Of a stretch of 64,000 bases of DNA, positions 1 to 9,345 are shown in pieces (position 1 is the first letter of the stretch; each line of letters begins with the position of its first letter). This DNA is from Minisyncoccota bacterium (GTDB taxonomy: Bacteria > Patescibacteriota > Microgenomatia > UBA1400 > PJMF01): NCBI GenBank assembly GCA_012515515.1, contig JAAYYE010000010.1, positions 18,258 through 82,257 on the forward strand. The letters run 5' to 3'. Below the pieces are notes generated by a model, which was not told the DNA's origin, ran no database searches, and was given only the letters and a program-made list of their open reading frames with translations. The position numbers and the translations under genes are program-made.

Positions 1-86
1 TCTTATTAAAAAAACAAAAAACTGCAGCTGAAGAAGAGAAACTCATCGATGAAAAATTAGAGTCTGCCGTTAATAAAGTTTTTGGT

Positions 87-1058
87 ATGACTGCCAATAA
101 GATTGCTCTACAAAGTAAGAGCATTTTGCAAAGTGAGCAAGATTTATTAAAAACAGATTTAGCTAACAAGCAAGCGATTATCGAAAAATTAGTGAAGAAA
201 CTTCAAGAAGATTTACAGCAAAGACAAACAGAAATTAGAGAAATCGAGAAGCAACAAATTGATAAAATCGGCAGAATGACTACGGCGATTGAGGATCATC
301 GCTTGCTAACCAAAGACTTAAAAGTGTCTACAGAAAAATTAGCTCAAGTATTAGACAATAATCAAACGCGAGGTGCTTGGGGAGAAAAAATTATTGAGGA
401 TTTATTGCGAGCCAACGGCTTGCAAGAAGGAGTTCATTACTTGCGCCAAAGTAAACAGGAAAATGCCAGTTTAATACCAGACATTACCTTACTTTTGCCC
501 GACAATCGCAATGTGCCAGTTGATGTGAAATTTCCTTATCAAGAAATTCAAAAGATGTCTAATGCTGAAAGTAAAGAAGAAAAAAAGAGCCATTTGCAAC
601 AATTTGCCAGGGATTTAAAAATAAAAATTGACAAAGTGGCTGAGTACATTTCACCAGAAAGAGACACTTTAGATTATGCCATCCTCTTTGTGCCTAATGA
701 AATGGTTTTCTCTTTTATCAATCAAAAATTGCCAGAAATTATCGATGAAGCCTTAGCTAAAAAAGTCATTCTATGTTCGCCTTTTAGTTTTTTAGTGGTG
801 GCTAGAACGGTGATGGAAAGTTATCGAAATTTTATGGTGGGTAAAAAAATGCAAGAGGTGATTAAACAAGTGGAAGCCTTTGGCGAAGAATGGAAAAAAT
901 TTGACGAAGAGTTTCAGAAATTTGGTAGAAGTATTGAGAGCTTGCAAAAGAATTTTGACACTCTCAGTGGCACGCGTAAGAAACAAATGGAAAAAAGAAT
1001 TAGTCGGATCGAAGAATACCGCTCTGGTTCAGGGAAATTATTAAGCAAAGTAGACTGA
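87..1058 (+). CDS. rmuC: DNA recombination protein RmuC-like
   Basis: N-terminal coiled-coil. The C-terminal block (VPVDVKFPYQE ... DYAILFVPNEMVFSF ... VILCSPFSFLVVARTV) matches the conserved RmuC core (E. coli IPVDSKFP ... FIPVEPAF ... LVSPTTLLVALRT). All three frames upstream (1-86) contain stops, so the usual N-terminal TM segment is absent or encoded separately. Confidence 0.7.
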   Translation: MTANKIALQSKSILQSEQDLLKTDLANKQAIIEKLVKKLQEDLQQRQTEIREIEKQQIDKIGRMTTAIEDHRLLTKDLKVSTEKLAQVLDNNQTRGAWGEKIIEDLLRANGLQEGVHYLRQSKQENASLIPDITLLLPDNRNVPVDVKFPYQEIQKMSNAESKEEKKSHLQQFARDLKIKIDKVAEYISPERDTLDYAILFVPNEMVFSFINQKLPEIIDEALAKKVILCSPFSFLVVARTVMESYRNFMVGKKMQEVIKQVEAFGEEWKKFDEEFQKFGRSIESLQKNFDTLSGTRKKQMEKRISRIEEYRSGSGKLLSKVD

Positions 1059-1111
1059 TTATTTAATTATATTAAGGAAAGTATCAATTTAGCTTTATAA
1101 TAAAGAAGTTT

Positions 1112-2542
1112 ATGTCAAAATCAACTTTAAGCCGCAGCTCTATCATTAGCAGTAAAGATAAAATTAACGATCTGGTTAAATTAGCCGGTTGGGTAGCCAA
1201 TAAACGTGATCATGGTAAAGTAACTTTTATTGATTTGCGCGATGAAACAGGCTTAATTCAGTGTGTCGGTATTAACAATAAATTAAAAGATTTGACGATT
1301 GAATCTGTTGTCGAAGTCTTTGGCAAAATTAATAAAAGACCAGAATCATTAATTAACCAAGAACTAGAAACTGGTGAGATTGAACTATTTGTTGAAGATT
1401 ATCAGATTTTAAATAAAAGTAGCGAATTGCCGATTAGCATTGAAGACGATGGTTTAAACATTAATGAAGAATCACGCCTGCAATATCGCTATTTAGATTT
1501 AAGACGCAGTCGTTTACAGAAAAACTTGCGCCTAAAATCCAAGTTGATTAATGCTTTTCGCAAAGAATTACTTGATCAAGATTTTGTCGAAATTGAGACG
1601 CCAATGCTGACTAAATCGACCAAAGAAGGGGCTCGAGATTTTATTGTTCCTTCTCGACTTCAGACTGGAAAATTTTATGCTTTACCCCAAAGTCCGCAAC
1701 AATACAAACAATTGTTAATGGCTGCAGGTTTTGAAAAATATTTTCAACTAGCTCGCTGTATTCGCGATGAAGATTTGCGAGCTGATCGAGGCTTTGAGTT
1801 TACCCAATTAGACCTGGAAATGAGTTTTGTTGATCAGCCAACAATTATGAATTTTTTAACAAATTTAGTGATTAAGGTCTGTCAAGAATTGGGCGTAAAA
1901 ATTAAAGATGAAAATTTTCCTATTTTTGATTATCAAGAAGCTTTGACAAAATTTGGGGCAGATAAGTTTGACTTACGTAGTCCAGAAGATAAAAAAGAAG
2001 GTGTTTTGGCTTTTGCCTGGGTAATTAATTTTCCTTTTTTCAAAAAAGTTGATAAAAATGATCGTGCCGAAGCCTCGGATAGTAAAAGTGCTTGGACTTT
2101 TACCCACAACCCATTTTCCAGTCCAATTCCAGAGCATATTGCTGCTCATTTAGAGGGCAATCAAACAGAAAAAATTATTGCTAGTCAGTATGATTTGGTG
2201 TGCAATGGCTTTGAAGTGGCTGGTGGTAGTTTACGGGCTCATCAGGCAGAAGTGTTGCGTGCCACTTTTCGCACCATGGGCTATAGTGACGAGCAAATTG
2301 AGGAAAATGTGGGCCACATGTTAAAAGCTTTTTCTTTAGGTACGCCTCCCCATGGTGGTATTGCTTTTGGCATTGATCGTCTCCTGATGTTGATGGCGGG
2401 TGAAGATAATTTAAGAGAAACAATGGCTTTTCCTATGACCGCTGGTGGTCGAACCAGTGTGATGGATGCTCCAAGCGCTGTCAGTGATGAACAGCTGGCC
2501 GAATTAAAATTAAGCGTGGCTTCAAACAAAAAATCGAGTTAG
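1112..2542 (+). CDS. aspS: Aspartyl-tRNA synthetase (class IIb, short form lacking the bacterial GAD insertion)
   Basis: Anticodon-binding OB fold at the N-terminus. Motif 2 region FEIETPMLTKST ... ALPQSPQQYKQLLM ... RCIRDEDLRADRGFEFTQLDLEMSF and motif 3 GGSLRAHQAEVL ... GGIAFGIDRLLML are present. At 476 aa it is too short to carry the ~100-aa GAD domain of bacterial-type AspRS. Confidence 0.9.
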   Translation: MSKSTLSRSSIISSKDKINDLVKLAGWVANKRDHGKVTFIDLRDETGLIQCVGINNKLKDLTIESVVEVFGKINKRPESLINQELETGEIELFVEDYQILNKSSELPISIEDDGLNINEESRLQYRYLDLRRSRLQKNLRLKSKLINAFRKELLDQDFVEIETPMLTKSTKEGARDFIVPSRLQTGKFYALPQSPQQYKQLLMAAGFEKYFQLARCIRDEDLRADRGFEFTQLDLEMSFVDQPTIMNFLTNLVIKVCQELGVKIKDENFPIFDYQEALTKFGADKFDLRSPEDKKEGVLAFAWVINFPFFKKVDKNDRAEASDSKSAWTFTHNPFSSPIPEHIAAHLEGNQTEKIIASQYDLVCNGFEVAGGSLRAHQAEVLRATFRTMGYSDEQIEENVGHMLKAFSLGTPPHGGIAFGIDRLLMLMAGEDNLRETMAFPMTAGGRTSVMDAPSAVSDEQLAELKLSVASNKKSS

Positions 2543-2551
2543 AATTAAATA

Positions 2552-3517
2552 GTGAAGAACTTATCTTGGCGAAGTGTTTTATTGTATTTAATTGCTTTAT
2601 CTTTATTGTTGACTTTATTTTTAATATTTTATCCAGTAAAAGTAATCAGCAAACAAGCTGTTTATTTACGACCGCTAGATTTATTGCCTGTTTATAAAAA
2701 TCCCGATATTAATCAAGAATTTCTTTGGAAAAATTTAGATCTCAGTGCTCAAAGCGCCTATGCTTTTGATTTAACAACTGGGACTTTACTCTATGAAAAA
2801 GATTCGCAACTCAAGCTTTATCCAGCGTCTACCACAAAAATGTTAACAGCTCTGGTTGCTGTTGATCATTATTCTTTAGAAGAGTCGCTAAGCGTCAATG
2901 GAGAAAATCAAATTATTGGTAATAAACTTAATTTAGTAAATGGCGAGCAAGTGAAGGTTAAAGATTTATTAGCTGCTTTACTATTGGCTTCGGCCAACGA
3001 CGGCGCTTATGTTTTGGCCAATAATTATCCTGGCGGCTTAGAAGCTTTTGTAATAGCAATGAACGACAAGGCAGAAGAGTTAAATTTACAGGATAGCGTT
3101 TTTTCTAATCCCGCTGGCCTAGATGAAATCCAACAGTTAAGTTCTGCTCGAGATTTAAACATTTTGGCTAGAGAGTTGTTGAAAAATGATTTGTTAAGAA
3201 AGTTAGTGGCTACACCATATTTAGAAATAAACGCCTCACATCAAGAAAATTTAAAGCAGGTGACTAGCGCTTATCAATTATTTAATACCAATCAGCTTTT
3301 AGGAAGCTTAATGGGCGTTAAGGGTGTGAAAACTGGTACTACTGATTGGGCTGGCCAAGTCTTAGTGACGCTGATAGAGCGTGATGGACGAGAAATTTTG
3401 ATTAGTTTAATGAATAGCCAAGATCGTTATGCTGATACGCAAAAATTATTAGCCTGGATTTTTAATACTTATCAATTTATTAATCCGAGCGAAAGTATCA
3501 TTAATATTAATTTTTAA
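2552..3517 (+). CDS. D-alanyl-D-alanine carboxypeptidase (S11 family, PBP5/6-like), GTG start
   Basis: N-terminal TM/signal segment. Active-site motifs are present: SxxK (ASTTKMLTA), SxN (SANDGA) and KTG (KTGTT). Confidence 0.8.
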   Translation: MKNLSWRSVLLYLIALSLLLTLFLIFYPVKVISKQAVYLRPLDLLPVYKNPDINQEFLWKNLDLSAQSAYAFDLTTGTLLYEKDSQLKLYPASTTKMLTALVAVDHYSLEESLSVNGENQIIGNKLNLVNGEQVKVKDLLAALLLASANDGAYVLANNYPGGLEAFVIAMNDKAEELNLQDSVFSNPAGLDEIQQLSSARDLNILARELLKNDLLRKLVATPYLEINASHQENLKQVTSAYQLFNTNQLLGSLMGVKGVKTGTTDWAGQVLVTLIERDGREILISLMNSQDRYADTQKLLAWIFNTYQFINPSESIININF

Positions 3518-3565
3518 GAACTTGAATAGTCTGGAACAAGCCATTATACTAATAAATAGATTTAT

Positions 3566-4669
3566 ATGAATAATTCAGTCACTAATAAAAATAAGACGAG
3601 CATGGAACCAACCCTAACTAATATTAATTATTTTAGTCGGGTAGGACTGAAATTTTTATTAATTGGGATAGTGGTATTAATGCTTGGCCGAGTTCTCTGG
3701 AATGCTTTTATTGCTTATTGGACAAGAACCCATCCTCCTGGTCCTCCACCACCAACAGTTGCCTTTGGTATTTTACCCAAACTTAATTTTCCAATCCAAG
3801 ATGAGGACGATAAGCCCGACGAATATGTTTTAGAAATAGCTGGCACTCTAACTGATTCAGTTGACCAATTAAAAGTCTATTTCATGCCCAAACCATCCGT
3901 CAGCCTATTAACCGATCAAAAAGTTAAAGAAATAGCTGCTAAATATGGTTTTATCTTTTCTCCAGAAATGCTGGCGGGAGATCTTTATCGTTTTACTAAA
4001 ACTCAACCTTTAGATATGAGTTTAGAAATTGACTCTAATTTCTTAAATTTTTCAATTAACAGTAATTATTTGGCAAAACCAGAATTATTAATTAGTGAGC
4101 AAAAGCGCAATTTACCAGAGGAATTTGAGGCAGTTAATGTCGTTAAACAGTTTTTAACGAGCGGTGGTTTAATGCCAGTTGATGTGGCTACCAGTGCGGG
4201 CACAATTAATTATCACAAATCTCTTGGCGGAGAACTTAATCCAGCTCTGTCTTTGTCTGAAGCAGATTTTGTGAAAGTTGATCTAAATCGGATTCCCGTT
4301 GACGATCTATATCCACTCTACACTCCTGAGGGAGAGAAGGGCGTCATTTCTGCCATGATCAGCGGGGCTGTTTCTGGAACTACTTCTGTTGTAGAAATGG
4401 ACTATTTTTACCACGAAGTCGACTATTCAACTTTTGAAACCTATCCTTTAAGAGGGATTAAGTCGGCTTGGAACATGGTCCAAGCTGGAGAAGCCTACGT
4501 GGTCGGCGGGCAAGATTTAGAACGAGTGGTGGTGCGCAGTGTTGAATTAGCCTATTATGATGATTTTCAGTATCAGGCTTATCTTCAACCAATCTATGTA
4601 TTTAAAGGGGACAACAACTTTTTGGCCTATGTTAGTGCCATTCATCCCAATTATCTTCAGAAAGAATAA
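3566..4669 (+). CDS. Hypothetical membrane-anchored protein (N-terminal TM, proline-rich linker PGPPPP)
   Basis: Long ORF with one N-terminal hydrophobic helix followed by a soluble domain. No motif I recognise. Its stop overlaps the gltX start (ATAATGATG). Confidence 0.4.
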   Translation: MNNSVTNKNKTSMEPTLTNINYFSRVGLKFLLIGIVVLMLGRVLWNAFIAYWTRTHPPGPPPPTVAFGILPKLNFPIQDEDDKPDEYVLEIAGTLTDSVDQLKVYFMPKPSVSLLTDQKVKEIAAKYGFIFSPEMLAGDLYRFTKTQPLDMSLEIDSNFLNFSINSNYLAKPELLISEQKRNLPEEFEAVNVVKQFLTSGGLMPVDVATSAGTINYHKSLGGELNPALSLSEADFVKVDLNRIPVDDLYPLYTPEGEKGVISAMISGAVSGTTSVVEMDYFYHEVDYSTFETYPLRGIKSAWNMVQAGEAYVVGGQDLERVVVRSVELAYYDDFQYQAYLQPIYVFKGDNNFLAYVSAIHPNYLQKE

Positions 4670-6153
4670 TGATGCAAAGTGATAAAACGCCAATTCGCAC
4701 CAGAATGGCACCTAGTCCTACCGGTGATATGCATGTGGCTAGCATGGCAACTTTATTAAAAAATTATGCTTTTGCTAAGAGACATCAGGGACAATTTATT
4801 TTAAGGATTGAAGACACTGATAAAGTGAGAGAGGTTGAAGATGGAGTTAATAAAATTCAATCAATAATTAAGCAATATGGTTTAGATTGGGACGAGGGGC
4901 CTGGTAAGGATGGCGCATGCGGTCCTTATATTCAATCTCAACGACTTGAAATTTATCAAGAGAAAGCCAAAGAATTAGTAGAGCAGGGTCAGGCTTATTA
5001 TTGTTTTTGTTCAAAAGAGCGTTTAGATGAGGTCCGTCAGCAACAACAAGCCTCGCATCAGCCTCCTCGCTATGATGGACATTGTCGGCATTTAGCTCAA
5101 GCAGAAATAGAAAAACGTTTAGCGGCTGGAGAAAATTACGTTATTCGTTTAAAAGTTCCGGAAAATCAAGAAATCAGTTTTACAGATTTACTTCGAGGTA
5201 AAATCACTTTTAATTCAAATCAAGTCGACGATCAGGTTTTATTAAAATCAGACGGATATCCAACTTATCACCTGGCTGTAGTGGTAGATGATCATTTAAT
5301 GAAAATTACTCATGTGATGCGTGGTGAAGAGTGGATTAGTTCCACGCCTAAACATATTTTATTGTATCGCGCCTTTAATTGGTCTCAGCCAATTTTTGCT
5401 CATTTTCCGCTTTTCTTAAATCCCGACGGCAAAGGCAAGATGAGCAAAAGAAAGGGTACAGTTTCGGCACAATCATTTTTAGATAAAGGCTATTTACCAG
5501 AAGCGGTGCTTAATTTTTTGATGATTCTGGGTTGGGCAGCTAAAGATCAAAAAGAAATCATGTCTTTAGCGGAATATATCCAAGAATTTGATCCTGCAGA
5601 TTTGAGCATGAATTCAGTGATCTTTGACATTCATAAACTCGACTGGTTAAATGGGATTTATATTCGTAACTTATCTAGAGAAGAATTAAAAAAACGTCTA
5701 CAAAACTTTATTCCACCAGAATTTCCTCTAGATAAATTAGATCAAATTTTAGATTTAGTTTATGAGCGCTTAGTGACTTTAGCTGATTTCTCCGAGTTAA
5801 CAGATTTCTTTTACAAGGAGATTGATTATTCGCCAACACTCTTGCTCAAAAAAGCTGAAAATCAAGAAGATTTAGTCTTAGAGCAAATTCAATTAACTAA
5901 AAATATTTTTCACTCCTTGGCTGATTTCACAACTTTAGAACTCGAAAAAGAAATTAGAATTCTTCAAGAAAAACAAGCTTGGCAAAAAGCTCAATATTTT
6001 ATGATGTTGCGAATCGCCATGACTGGCAAAACAGCCACTCCACCCTTGTTTGAAACAATTGACGCACTGGGTCGAGAATTAGCTAGCCAAAGATTAGATT
6101 TGGCTACTAAGAAAATTAAGAATCATGAAAAAACAGAAGACAACAGCCTTTAA
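4669..6153 (+). CDS. gltX: Glutamyl-tRNA synthetase
   Basis: Class I HIGH-type motif PSPTGDMHVA and the KMSKS motif (KMSKRKG). The catalytic-domain similarity to GluRS extends over the N-terminal ~320 aa. Confidence 0.9.
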   Translation: MMQSDKTPIRTRMAPSPTGDMHVASMATLLKNYAFAKRHQGQFILRIEDTDKVREVEDGVNKIQSIIKQYGLDWDEGPGKDGACGPYIQSQRLEIYQEKAKELVEQGQAYYCFCSKERLDEVRQQQQASHQPPRYDGHCRHLAQAEIEKRLAAGENYVIRLKVPENQEISFTDLLRGKITFNSNQVDDQVLLKSDGYPTYHLAVVVDDHLMKITHVMRGEEWISSTPKHILLYRAFNWSQPIFAHFPLFLNPDGKGKMSKRKGTVSAQSFLDKGYLPEAVLNFLMILGWAAKDQKEIMSLAEYIQEFDPADLSMNSVIFDIHKLDWLNGIYIRNLSREELKKRLQNFIPPEFPLDKLDQILDLVYERLVTLADFSELTDFFYKEIDYSPTLLLKKAENQEDLVLEQIQLTKNIFHSLADFTTLELEKEIRILQEKQAWQKAQYFMMLRIAMTGKTATPPLFETIDALGRELASQRLDLATKKIKNHEKTEDNSL

Positions 6154-6946
6154 AAACGGCTCTCAACAACTAGTGGCAGGTTTAGCTGTTGCGGGACAGA
6201 TGGCCATGATGAATCCTCAGATTCGCAATGAATTGGTGCTAGATAAAGCAATTTACGCTAAAACTGGACATGAAAAAAATAAGGATTTAGCTTTTGATTT
6301 ATCAGCCACAGAATATCAAGAAATTATGGCTAAATTAACTTCTTTTGTTAATGGGCCAGCTGGACACTTGGAAACAGAAACTCAACTATATTTAGAACAG
6401 CAATTAAGTCTGATTTTAGGTTTTGATGTGCGCCATGAGCTTGAAGGAAAAAAACTAAATCATAGCATTGGTATTATGGGAGCCGAACAACACCTGATGC
6501 GTTATCCTGGCGACAGTCTTGATCAGCACGATGCCTATCGAGAGGCTGGTTTGGCAAGTAATCGAGGAGCCTTTTCTTGGTTCACAGAAGCGGGTGAACT
6601 TACTCAAGAAGCAATTTTAAGAGAAAAATATTATTTTGCGGTGCAATTAATGTATTTGCCCAATTGGAATCAAGATTATCCTGAGTTAAAACCCTGGTAT
6701 AAATACCGTAAAATGATTATGATTAACCCAAGTGAACAAATGGCTGTGGTTGGGGTAATAGCCGATGCTGGTCCAGCTGCCTGGGTACAAAAACAATTTG
6801 GTGGATCACCAGAAGTAATTAGAGAGGGAAAAGTCTGGTCTAATAACACTCGAGGTCGAGTATTTTTGCTTTTTGTGGATGATCCAGAAGATCAAATTCC
6901 TTTAGGACCTCTTGATATCAGTTTAGAAGCCTTAATGGCTCATTAA
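6125..6946 (+). CDS. Hypothetical protein (true start probably at a downstream Met, e.g. MAMMNPQ near 6203)
   Basis: Long ORF with no recognisable motif. As annotated it overlaps the gltX 3' end by 29 nt. Confidence 0.35.
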   Translation: MKKQKTTAFKNGSQQLVAGLAVAGQMAMMNPQIRNELVLDKAIYAKTGHEKNKDLAFDLSATEYQEIMAKLTSFVNGPAGHLETETQLYLEQQLSLILGFDVRHELEGKKLNHSIGIMGAEQHLMRYPGDSLDQHDAYREAGLASNRGAFSWFTEAGELTQEAILREKYYFAVQLMYLPNWNQDYPELKPWYKYRKMIMINPSEQMAVVGVIADAGPAAWVQKQFGGSPEVIREGKVWSNNTRGRVFLLFVDDPEDQIPLGPLDISLEALMAH

Positions 6947-6958
6947 AGAAGATTAATT

Positions 6959-7354
6959 ATGATTATTTGTAATTTATATATTGGTTCTCGTTATCCAGTT
7001 AAGCGAGGGCAATTACGGGCAACCGTCAAGCGTGTCTTAAGCGAACGAGGGATTGATCATGCTCAAGTTGATATTTCCATAGTTGGCAGTCGAAAGATCA
7101 AAGAACTTAATGAATCAAAACTTGGACACTTTGGTGTAACCGATGTTTTGTCTTTTCCACAGCACGACAAGGGTCAAATTAATGACTTGCCTTTACCAAA
7201 AGAATTAGCTCCTCATTTAGGTGACATCGTCATTAGTTTTCCAGAAGCAGTCAAAACTGCACGGCGTTTTGGTCGGTTAGTTGACGACCAAATAAATTTT
7301 TATTTAGAACATGGCTTATTTCATTTATTAGGTTATCATCACGATGACCATTAA
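6959..7354 (+). CDS. ybeY: Endoribonuclease YbeY (16S rRNA 3'-end maturation)
   Basis: C-terminal zinc-binding signature EHGLFHLLGYHHDDH (H-x3-H-x5-H). Typical size for YbeY at 131 aa. Confidence 0.8.
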   Translation: MIICNLYIGSRYPVKRGQLRATVKRVLSERGIDHAQVDISIVGSRKIKELNESKLGHFGVTDVLSFPQHDKGQINDLPLPKELAPHLGDIVISFPEAVKTARRFGRLVDDQINFYLEHGLFHLLGYHHDDH

Positions 7355-7381
7355 TTTTTTAATGTGTTACACTGAATAAAT

Positions 7382-8998
7382 ATGGCTTGGCATCGTCAAT
7401 ATCGTCCAAAAACTATTGAAGAACTAGATATAAAACAGGTTAGAGATAGTATAAAAGCAATGATGGAGGCTGGAAAAATTCCTCAATCATTAATCTTTGC
7501 TGGGCCGAAAGGCACTGGTAAAACTTCTGCCTCAAGAATTTTAGCACTCTTACTTAACGATAAAAAAAATGAAGCTTTAGTGGATCAAGTCTACTTTAGC
7601 CAAGAGTCTAAAAATAAAAAAACCCGAGCTTTTCAAGAACCAGATCCAGATTCAGCACTAGCTAAAAAAGTTTATGAAGGCCAATCATTTTTAGTGAATG
7701 AGCTTGATGCTGCCAGCAATCGCGGCATTGATGATATTCGCCTACTTAAAGAACGAATCGTTCTTCCTCCACAGGGAGCAAAAATGGCCGTCTACATTTT
7801 AGATGAAGTGCACATGTTAACCACCGAAGCCTTTAATGCTTTTTTGAAGATGCTTGAAGAACCACCACCGCACGTGGTTTTTATTTTAGCTACCACTGAA
7901 CTACAAAAATTGCCGGCTACCATAATTTCCCGATGTACCGTCATAAATTTTCAAAAAGCCAGTCAGGAAGAAATTGTCGAATCACTGAAAAGAGTTTTAG
8001 CTAGCGAAAAAATTAAATATAAAGAAGAAGATTTATTAGCCATTGCCAAACGAGCTGATGGCAGTTTTCGTGATGCGGTGAAAATTCTTGAATTAGCCTG
8101 TCAAACTGGAGAATTAAAGATGAGCAGTATTGCTCATTATTTGGGCCAAGACAACCTGGTTTATATTAAAGAATTGCTAAACTTATTATTAGCTAAAGAA
8201 GCCAAAAAAATTAGTCAAATTTTTGAAGAATTGCGCAACAAAAATGTTCAACAAAAAGATTTTTATAAAGATTTATTAGAATTTTTACACGATGATTTAT
8301 TAATCAATTTGGGTATCAAAAAGGGTCAGGCCTTTTCTGAAACAAAAATTGATCGATTTTTGTTAAAAGAATTTTCCATGTGTAACTTACATGAAGAACT
8401 ACCAATTGCTTTTTTAGCCTTGGAATTAAGTTTTTTGGATATCATCGATCGGTCTAATATTCAGAATAAAAAGCCAGGTAATACAGATCAGGGGAAGACC
8501 AAAGAGCTTGATTCCACGCCAACTCCAGTAGCAAGCAAAAAAAAAATCCTCATTAACTCAGTAGTGCCTGATTTCAAAGACAATCCGATAGAACCTGATC
8601 TCACAGAAAACACAGAGCCTCAATTAACCCAGCAACAGCCGGCCCAACAGCAAGCAACCCAACATGAATCAACACATAATGGAAGTAATTCATTGTCTAA
8701 TATTTTACCCATAGAATGGTGGCAAAAATTATTAAACCTTGTCGCTAAAGAAAATTTTTCTTTGTCGGCCTTATTAAAATCCTGTCGTTTAGAAGAAGTG
8801 ATTGATAATACCGCTAAAATATTAGTTTTTTATGATTTTCATAAAGAGCAACTCGAACAGCAGAAATATCAGAATGTGCTCGATCAAAGCTGTCAACAAT
8901 TATTAGGAGAAAAAATTCAATTCAATTTTGTTTTAAGCAAAGCAAGAGAAACCAGCGAAAAGGATTTGCTGGAAACAGCAAAAGATGTTTTGATATAA
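7382..8998 (+). CDS. dnaX: DNA polymerase III subunit gamma/tau
   Basis: Walker A GPKGTGKTS; Walker B/DEAD-like ILDEVHML; sensor region and SRC motif (ISRCTV). A Q/P-rich variable region follows the ATPase module. An A10 tract lies at 8537-8546. Confidence 0.9.
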   Translation: MAWHRQYRPKTIEELDIKQVRDSIKAMMEAGKIPQSLIFAGPKGTGKTSASRILALLLNDKKNEALVDQVYFSQESKNKKTRAFQEPDPDSALAKKVYEGQSFLVNELDAASNRGIDDIRLLKERIVLPPQGAKMAVYILDEVHMLTTEAFNAFLKMLEEPPPHVVFILATTELQKLPATIISRCTVINFQKASQEEIVESLKRVLASEKIKYKEEDLLAIAKRADGSFRDAVKILELACQTGELKMSSIAHYLGQDNLVYIKELLNLLLAKEAKKISQIFEELRNKNVQQKDFYKDLLEFLHDDLLINLGIKKGQAFSETKIDRFLLKEFSMCNLHEELPIAFLALELSFLDIIDRSNIQNKKPGNTDQGKTKELDSTPTPVASKKKILINSVVPDFKDNPIEPDLTENTEPQLTQQQPAQQQATQHESTHNGSNSLSNILPIEWWQKLLNLVAKENFSLSALLKSCRLEEVIDNTAKILVFYDFHKEQLEQQKYQNVLDQSCQQLLGEKIQFNFVLSKARETSEKDLLETAKDVLI

Positions 8999-9051
8999 TT
9001 CAGTTAATAATATTTATTATTATTAGTAAAAATTAGTAAAAAAAGGAGTTT

Positions 9052-9339
9052 ATGTCAGACAAAGCAGGTTTATTAGGCCAGTTAGGAGACCTTAACAAAT
9101 TGCGCAAGCAAGCCAAACAGATGCAACAAGATTTAGCAGCAGAAGAAATTGTTGTTGAAGAAGGGGATATTGTGGTGACAATTGCAGGAGATCAAAAAAT
9201 TAAAGATGTTTCAGTTCAAGGCATTCACAGTGCTGACTTAGTTAATGCTCTGAACAAAGCCATTAAAAAATCTCAAGAAGTGGCAGCTAAAAAATTACAA
9301 AGCATGACTGGTGGTTTAGGTGGAATGCTTGGCAGATAA
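9052..9339 (+). CDS. ybaB: Nucleoid-associated protein YbaB/EbfC
   Basis: 95-aa protein with the YbaB-type pattern (MQQDLAAEEIVVEEGDIVVTIAGDQKIKDVSV). It sits directly after dnaX, matching the conserved dnaX-ybaB synteny. Confidence 0.8.
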   Translation: MSDKAGLLGQLGDLNKLRKQAKQMQQDLAAEEIVVEEGDIVVTIAGDQKIKDVSVQGIHSADLVNALNKAIKKSQEVAAKKLQSMTGGLGGMLGR

Positions 9340-9345
9340 ATTTTC

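Noticed and set aside
1-86. A possible upstream coding fragment or pseudogene remnant of the rmuC N-terminus
   Set aside because: All three forward frames contain stops within 60 nt, and only about 9 codons are open. There is not enough sequence in the window to support a call.
792-986. Short antisense or nested ORFs inside longer genes. Examples: 792-986, 2181-2529, 12127-12354, 13639-13824, 17936-18298, 20426-20672, 26910-27218, 30858-31199, 35609-35851, 44794-45036, 49272-49547, 53560-53745, 56294-56548, 63317-63553.
   Set aside because: Each is fully embedded in a longer ORF with clear homology-based support, and none has a motif. They are typical shadow ORFs in AT-rich DNA.
1059-1111. 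T-box or other leader riboswitch upstream of aspS or gltX
   Set aside because: The aspS leader is only ~50 nt, and gltX overlaps the preceding gene. Neither has room for a ~200-nt T-box.
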